From Ionaspis alba (lineage: Eukaryota), in assembly GCA_964255285.1 (NCBI GenBank), contig CAXUUL010000062.1, forward strand, positions 1 to 40,858: 40,858 bases of DNA, read 5' to 3'. The translations under genes were made by a program, and so were the position numbers. The notes beneath the pieces were generated by a model that was not told the origin of the DNA, did no database searches, and worked only from the letters and a program-made list of their open reading frames with translations. This document shows positions 35,091-40,858 of the stretch, piece by piece (positions within the stretch are counted from its first letter, which is position 1; each line of letters starts with the position of its first letter).

Positions 35091-36222
35091 TCAATCCGGC
35101 AGTGTTTGAGATCCCAAAGGTCGATAGTGAATAGCTGCGAAAGCGCTAGCATAGCTGACGCTGCTGTCTCCAATCCTCGTGCACTGACTGCTCCGCTCGT
35201 ATCTAACGAACTTGAAGTCCTTCACCTCCTTCACCGCACTGTTCGATCGAGCATCTCGCTTCAGAGTCTCCAATGCGCACATAACGATCCCAATCGGATG
35301 TCGACCGCATACTGTATTATTTGTGGCCTGTAAGATGTTCAGGAAGGAAGGGTATGTTCCCGATTCAATTGCATCCATGGCCATGTGGTCAATACGGTCA
35401 ATGCTGTCTGATATGGCAGGACCTTGCCCAAGTTTGCTGCCGCTGGAGAGCCGAACACCCTCCGCGGGTGCAGAAGTAGATTTTGGGAGGTAGTAGGTGT
35501 AGTTAAAGCGCAATCCCCAGTGGCAGAAGTCCGAACTTACGATAAAGACGCTAGTGGGATCTTCAAGGTAGGGTGCAAGAATAGCTCCATATTCGCGTTC
35601 TTTTGCAGTAGATGTATTACCAACCAGGATAGGTATCAGTCGTGGAAAATCCTCTTGACTAGAGAAGGACATCGATAAGGTTTTGTATATGTAGGGTAGG
35701 TGCATCTCCAGGCTATGCTCGTCTTCGTCGACGTCTCGACTCATTTTGCCGAATTTTCCGGTTTCAAGTAGTTCCTTTATCGTGGCCACATCTAACACAA
35801 GATCTCCAAGCGGCGTGCCGTACAGGGTACATTGTGATAAGGCACAGTCTTTGAAATAGAAATGGTGGGAAGGTCCAAGTAGGAAGATGCGTTTACTGAG
35901 AGCAATCAGCCAAGCGTGTCCACTGGGCAGATGGACAGCCTTAGACTCACGCCTTGGACAGATCGAGAGACTTGTAGGCCCATGCCGCTGTTGGGCCGGA
36001 ATATGAGTACCCCGCATGCCTAGAAAGTGTCAGCTCAAGGGGGCTAATATTTAGCAACTGTATTTACGGAGCGATTATCACTGTAGCTCCTGGCTGTGGC
36101 AGAGTGCCGACATCAGCAACTGAGTGAGGTACTAAGCTGAGCCAAGTATCCAATTGTCTGGAGAGTTGGTTTTTATCATCAGAATACCACGATCCAGCGT
36201 GGGAAGCTTTTCGAGTGACCAT
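35091..36222 (-). CDS. MEMO1: MEMO1/Mho1 family protein (AmmeMemo)
   Basis: Three exons. RKASHAGSWY, IIAPHAGYSYSG, FLLGPSHH, DEDEHSLEMHLPY, SSDFCHWG, NTVCGRHPI, DSSVSYAS. Confidence 0.96.
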
Positions 36223-36715
36223 CGATCTCTATTTCGACAACGTGACTCCACACAAAAGGAAAAGGAGTTTGAATTCTCTCAATTCTGCACTGCGTTGTGC
36301 GTTGTAGTATGGCGTGGCGAGGCAGGGCGTGAACAAAGCATTCCTGTTCCTACATGATATTGTGTACGAATAGTGGGTCTTCAAAACCTATACCGTACTG
36401 ACTGGTACCCTCCGAATGAGCAAGATGTTTGTTGACTTGTCAGAGTATTGAGAGTCCTCTAGCAATCGCTTGCTGCAGGTACAAGCGGCTATTTGAGCCT
36501 CGACTGTTCTTACTCCATCAAGTTAGCGTGCCTGACATAGTGGCACACGAGCGGCCCACGAACTGGGAGCACGCGTAACGCGGATTTTGAGCCTCGAGTC
36601 TAGATTGACCGCTTTCTTTGTGTTGAAAATCCCCTTCCTTCCCATACTTGATTAGTGACAGTGGTGGCACCTCTTTTGTCTTTACATTTATGATATATTT
36701 GATTGAACCGCTACA

Positions 36716-37504
36716 ATGTCCCTGAAGCGCAAAAGATCGAGCCCTGGCTTTTCTCCTTTCTCTAATTCGAGCTGCTCCGAACGAGAGCCTTCCTCCAGCC
36801 CCCCGCGTCCAGGTGCTATATGGCCGTTTCGCCCAGACTGCGATGTCGAAATGCACGGAGCGCTTCGTGAAGATCATCAGATAGACAATTGGTCGATGAC
36901 GATTCAGCAGGTCGCCGAAACGACGTCGGTCCATCTCCATAGTCGCACGCGTAAACGGTTCCGAGACGATAGACCTGATGATCAGATTATACATGGTAAG
37001 AGATACACCGTACGTGTACAGGATGTAGCTGACACTCAGATAGAGAGCACATACCACAAACTATTCTCTGCTCAACGCTCCCTGCATGCTGAGCCAGCAC
37101 CCATACATCCACGCACCGTTTCAGGGTCATCAATTTCCTCATCAAAAAAGCCGAATATCCAGCCTTCCCTGCATGAATTCTGGTCATTACCACATCGTCC
37201 GAGCATAACAGGCGCAAACTCGGCAAATTCACGCAATACCAATAAGCTGTTGGGACACTTCAAGTGTCAAGATTGTGATATTCATTTCGGCCCCGAGCAT
37301 GACAATAGTTCCGGCGCAATGGACATCGACATGGCAAACATAGCCGACGATGAGACAGAATATGCCTGCGGTGAGTGTAGGCGAATAGTGTGCGACATGT
37401 GCGCCGTTGTAAGCGTTGGAGACACGAGAAAATGTCTTGAATGCAAGACAAGTCGGAAGCGATGGGTAGGAGGTATTGGATGGATCACGCCAGCCTTCCT
37501 TTGA
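36716..37504 (+). CDS. Hypothetical protein with basic motifs and a C-terminal 8-Cys putative zinc-binding region
   Basis: MSLKRKRS, HLHSRTRKRFRDDRPD, QPSLHEFW, CQDC..CGEC...CDMC..CLEC, WVGGIGW. Probable 48-nt intron at 36996-37043. Confidence 0.82.
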   Translation: MSLKRKRSSPGFSPFSNSSCSEREPSSSPPRPGAIWPFRPDCDVEMHGALREDHQIDNWSMTIQQVAETTSVHLHSRTRKRFRDDRPDDQIIHGKRYTVRVQDVADTQIESTYHKLFSAQRSLHAEPAPIHPRTVSGSSISSSKKPNIQPSLHEFWSLPHRPSITGANSANSRNTNKLLGHFKCQDCDIHFGPEHDNSSGAMDIDMANIADDETEYACGECRRIVCDMCAVVSVGDTRKCLECKTSRKRWVGGIGWITPAFL

Positions 37505-38093
37505 CAGCACTTCGAACACAGTTCAGTTCTCCGTAATTCCTTCAATTTTGGATTCTCGAGGAAGAGATTTCTTCTCGACTTCGGTGTTACTGAGATACTG
37601 TGATATCAATTGTAAAACCATTCTATCATGTACGGCACCCGGAAACCTACCGCGCTGTGGCTACGAAACCATCCAATATGCTACTGATCATCACTGTTAC
37701 AGAAATGGTGCTCTGAGCCAGTACTGGAGTTTTATTCGAGCGTTCGTCGATATGACCACTCGACCTCTGTCCTTAGTTCCTGCTCGGCAGGATTTTTCTG
37801 CTGGACCATACAAAATACTACGGCAGCAAGTGACTGCATGGCCACCAACTGAATGGGCGAAAGGGACAGCCCTCATGTCGACTTCTAGCTTTTCAGGGGT
37901 TTTCAGTCTTCAAATTCGACATTATCTACCAGAGGATCAACCTTGGACGTTAGTCTTCTATAGTCGGAACTAGGTCTGATGATCTGAACATGCACTTAAT
38001 TCTTTGAAGAATAGTACAAGGGTGGAAAGCCGACGTTACACATTCGAGAGATACCAAAGGGATCAGCCCAATATTTGTTTCAACTATTCCAGG

Positions 38094-39461
38094 CTATCCA
38101 GTCCTCTCAAAGGCATCGAGGACCGCCTTTGCCACAGGAGCGTAGGTCATAACACGATTATGACCTAGAAAAGAGTGAGCAAGAGTCTACCCGTACCAAT
38201 TGCTTGTCAGACTCACCACCATGTCTCAGAATAATCTGCTGTATTCTTTTCGTCCCTTTCAGACCTGTCCCTGCCGTCCAATTATTCATCCATCCCTGTG
38301 TACCAAGCTCTATGTGCTGCTTAACGCCATCAATTTGCTTGATGCTCATGCCTGATTCGCTGGTAGCATTTGCTGCTGCATAGAACAAGGTTTCGCAGTG
38401 ATTCCAGGGAATGTCGAAATCGTTCAATGCATGAACGAGGACTAAATGCAATTGTCTACTTCGTCGGACAAGATTTTCTAGTCGGGCCTTCGTGTGCCAG
38501 GTATCTCTGATGTGGCGAGAGAAGAATTGCTGCAATTTGGGATACGGACGAAGCGGTGACAGGACTGGGATCACGTAGCCAATCGTGTAGGTTAGCATAA
38601 GAGTTGGTAGATCAGAGAATCCGGCCACAAGCACGACCCCAGCGAAGTTGATGTCGTGGTGGACAACGAAATATTCCGTAACAGCTGTGGCCACAGCGGT
38701 GCCCAAACTTTGTCCAACTATTACTATTCGATCTGCTGGAATCTCGGCTACCTCCAACGCCCATCGCATAAGAGTGATGCCATCAGTGATCAGTCCTTCT
38801 TCAGTCGGATTCCCGCTCGAATATCCAAATCCTCGGTAATCTACAGTGAGCACATGTATCTTGTCGGCAGCCCCGGAGCTCAGCGCCCTATAAGTGTCTG
38901 TCCGCCATCCTTGAGCAACGCTCCCTGCGTTGCCGTGGACTCTCGCTTATCAGTGCCACACTCATCGATTGGTACTGTGAACTTACAGTTGATAACCAAA
39001 CGGGCATTGGGATCCGATTTCAAGAGATCGAAGGCTGGAGTTTTGGTCGAATCCGAGACAGGGCCTGTAGGTCCTTCTAAAAGGCTTCTCTCGTTTCTAT
39101 TGTATAGACCAACTGGTAAGATGTGCCATCCGTAAAGTACCTCTCCGTCCGGAGTGATGAGGTTGAGAGGCTGGACTTGATTTCCTGGAGCATGATTAGG
39201 CTTCCAAATTTGTAGCAGCTCATACAACCTACTTAGAAAGCCCCATTGCTCTGGTCTATCGAGATCTTGCCACCACGCATTGTGCACTTTATGGGCATAC
39301 AGTGCGCTGAAGGATTTGTTAGTCATGCATGGTACGGTACGACTTGCGACTCACTGTTTCTGGACCCATTCGTTTAGCAGCAAAGAAAGAAATACAAAGT
39401 AGAGACCACCGAGTCCAGCGAGGGGCCAATATGCTCTCTTTAATACTGGGGGAATTGCCAT
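38094..39461 (-). CDS. Alpha/beta hydrolase, ABHD12-like (N-terminal membrane anchor)
   Basis: Five exons. TPDGEVLYGWHILP, FHGNAG, DYRGFGYS, nucleophile GQSLG, HALNDFDI, GGHN. Confidence 0.92.
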
Positions 39462-39874
39462 TGAAGCTCAAAAGCTATGTGACATGGATCGTAGAGTAGA
39501 GCTCTTCGTAGGAAGCATGTGTCTTCGGAGATCCAGCAACACAAAGGTTAGATCAGGTATAAGCTCGATCCACACGGGTTGCAGTCTGAGAAAGTACCAG
39601 TACTCAAATCTAAATGCTCAGCTTTGCATCTCAAGTGCAAAGAAACTAGAACAGCAGAGACGGTCTGCCAAGAAGTGGAACGGTCAGATAGGGTGAGAGC
39701 GTATTCAACCGGTCCACTTAACTTTACATAGCGCGTGAGAAGAGCTGACGAAGATTTGAGGTTGGAAGTAATAGGGCTGACCAAAATATCTCTGTGGGAA
39801 CTTCCGAGCACATCAACTTTTGTGTTTAACGCCGAGTAGAGTTCTACTCATACTTGCGAAAACCTTCTTTAGCA

Positions 39875-40858
39875 ATGGCCGAGAGAAGAAAGCCGTCGAC
39901 TAGATATCGGGGAGAGCCACCTCCCAAAAGACGACGATCAACCACCCCTCTACCACCAACACCGAAGACGACTAATGTTCCCCCGAACGAGCTGGACGAA
40001 GGTCTGCCCAGCAAGGTGAAGGATGGACATGCTCTTCCCACGGTCTCTGAGCCTCAAGACCTGCATATATCCAGTCAACTACTAGACATACCTGAGAGGT
40101 GATTAAACTCATAGAATTGGTAGATGACAATATTGATCAGTAAGCCAGTGGAGTACTACTATCATCTCTGGAGAGATCTAGGCAAAGAATCATGGAAGAC
40201 ATTTTTGAGAGATACTGGACCAAGCCATCAAAGAAAAAGAACTTGCCTGACTTCCAAAATCCGCCCAAGGAATCTATGGTCAAACTGGGCACTTGTTCGA
40301 TGATAATTGAACCGCACGTGTACGAGGTCAATCTCTACGCTATCAAAGAGACTCAGTACACTTTTCTCCCGCCGATCAGCCAGGCAGGTCCTCCTGAAAC
40401 GCCTCCATCATTTGTCTCCCCCACCTTGACTGGACCAGGTAGAACGAGTCAAAACTCGTCAGTTCCGACACCGCAACTGACCCTCTCGGCGTCAGCACGT
40501 CCTACCCACGCTCCGTCGCAACATATACTACCTCCTTTCCGAGAAAGCTTTGCACATTTCGGACCCAGTACGCTGCATCAACCTCCTCCTGGTCTCGGAA
40601 CTGCTTCCCGCAACTCGCTTCCACCCACAAATATTGCCAACTCGGCATCTAAGACGAACGGAATACCTATTACTGACAACCAGGAGGGAGAGACGAGCGC
40701 GGATCCGGTAATTCAGATGCTAGCAGCTCGTGCCGCAACAGATCATGAATTGAAGTCCTTGATGAAAGTCGTTGCGCTGGGGAATGCATCGCAAGCTCAA
40801 CTGAAGGGTTTTCAAAAACATATCGATGAACTAAACGGCATCATACAAGCTCAAAAGA
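39875..40858 (+). CDS. SWC3: SWR1-complex protein 3 (partial, runs off the window)
   Basis: After one intron: ESGVLLSSLERSRQ, IFERYWTKP, NPPKESMVKLGTCSMIIEPH, DPVIQMLAARAATDHELKSLMKVVA, blocks I recognise from Pezizomycotina Swc3. Confidence 0.8.

Overview
Gene-dense, intron-containing filamentous ascomycete (Pezizomycotina) scaffold. I read 17 intact or partial protein genes and 1 clear pseudogene by hand-splicing about 40 short GT-AG introns. The left ~8 kb looks accessory: a multiply disrupted 6-phosphogluconate-dehydrogenase-like pseudogene head-to-head with an intact xylose-isomerase-like TIM-barrel enzyme, then a NACHT-ankyrin NLR-like gene with no recognisable N-terminal effector domain and a P-loop core on a 25-nt micro-exon. 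The rest is mostly housekeeping: NPT1, Sso syntaxin, Mpv17/SYM1, eIF4E, an ACSF3-like acyl-CoA synthetase head-to-head with BolA, RPS2, an SDR, a 98-aa small secreted protein, DNA polymerase kappa, an uncharacterised coiled-coil protein, a Gpr1/Fun34/YaaH permease, MEMO1, a Cys-rich hypothetical, an ABHD12-like hydrolase and partial SWC3. A 100-N gap flanked by an exact 55-nt duplication is probably an assembly overlap. I recognised no tRNA, rRNA, CRISPR or transposon, and I cannot demonstrate a new biological system. The best leads are the effector-less NLR with a cryptic divergent neighbour, the decaying 6PGD/TIM-barrel pair, the ACSF3-BolA pair and three GAG splice acceptors. All product calls come from motif recognition; no database search was run.
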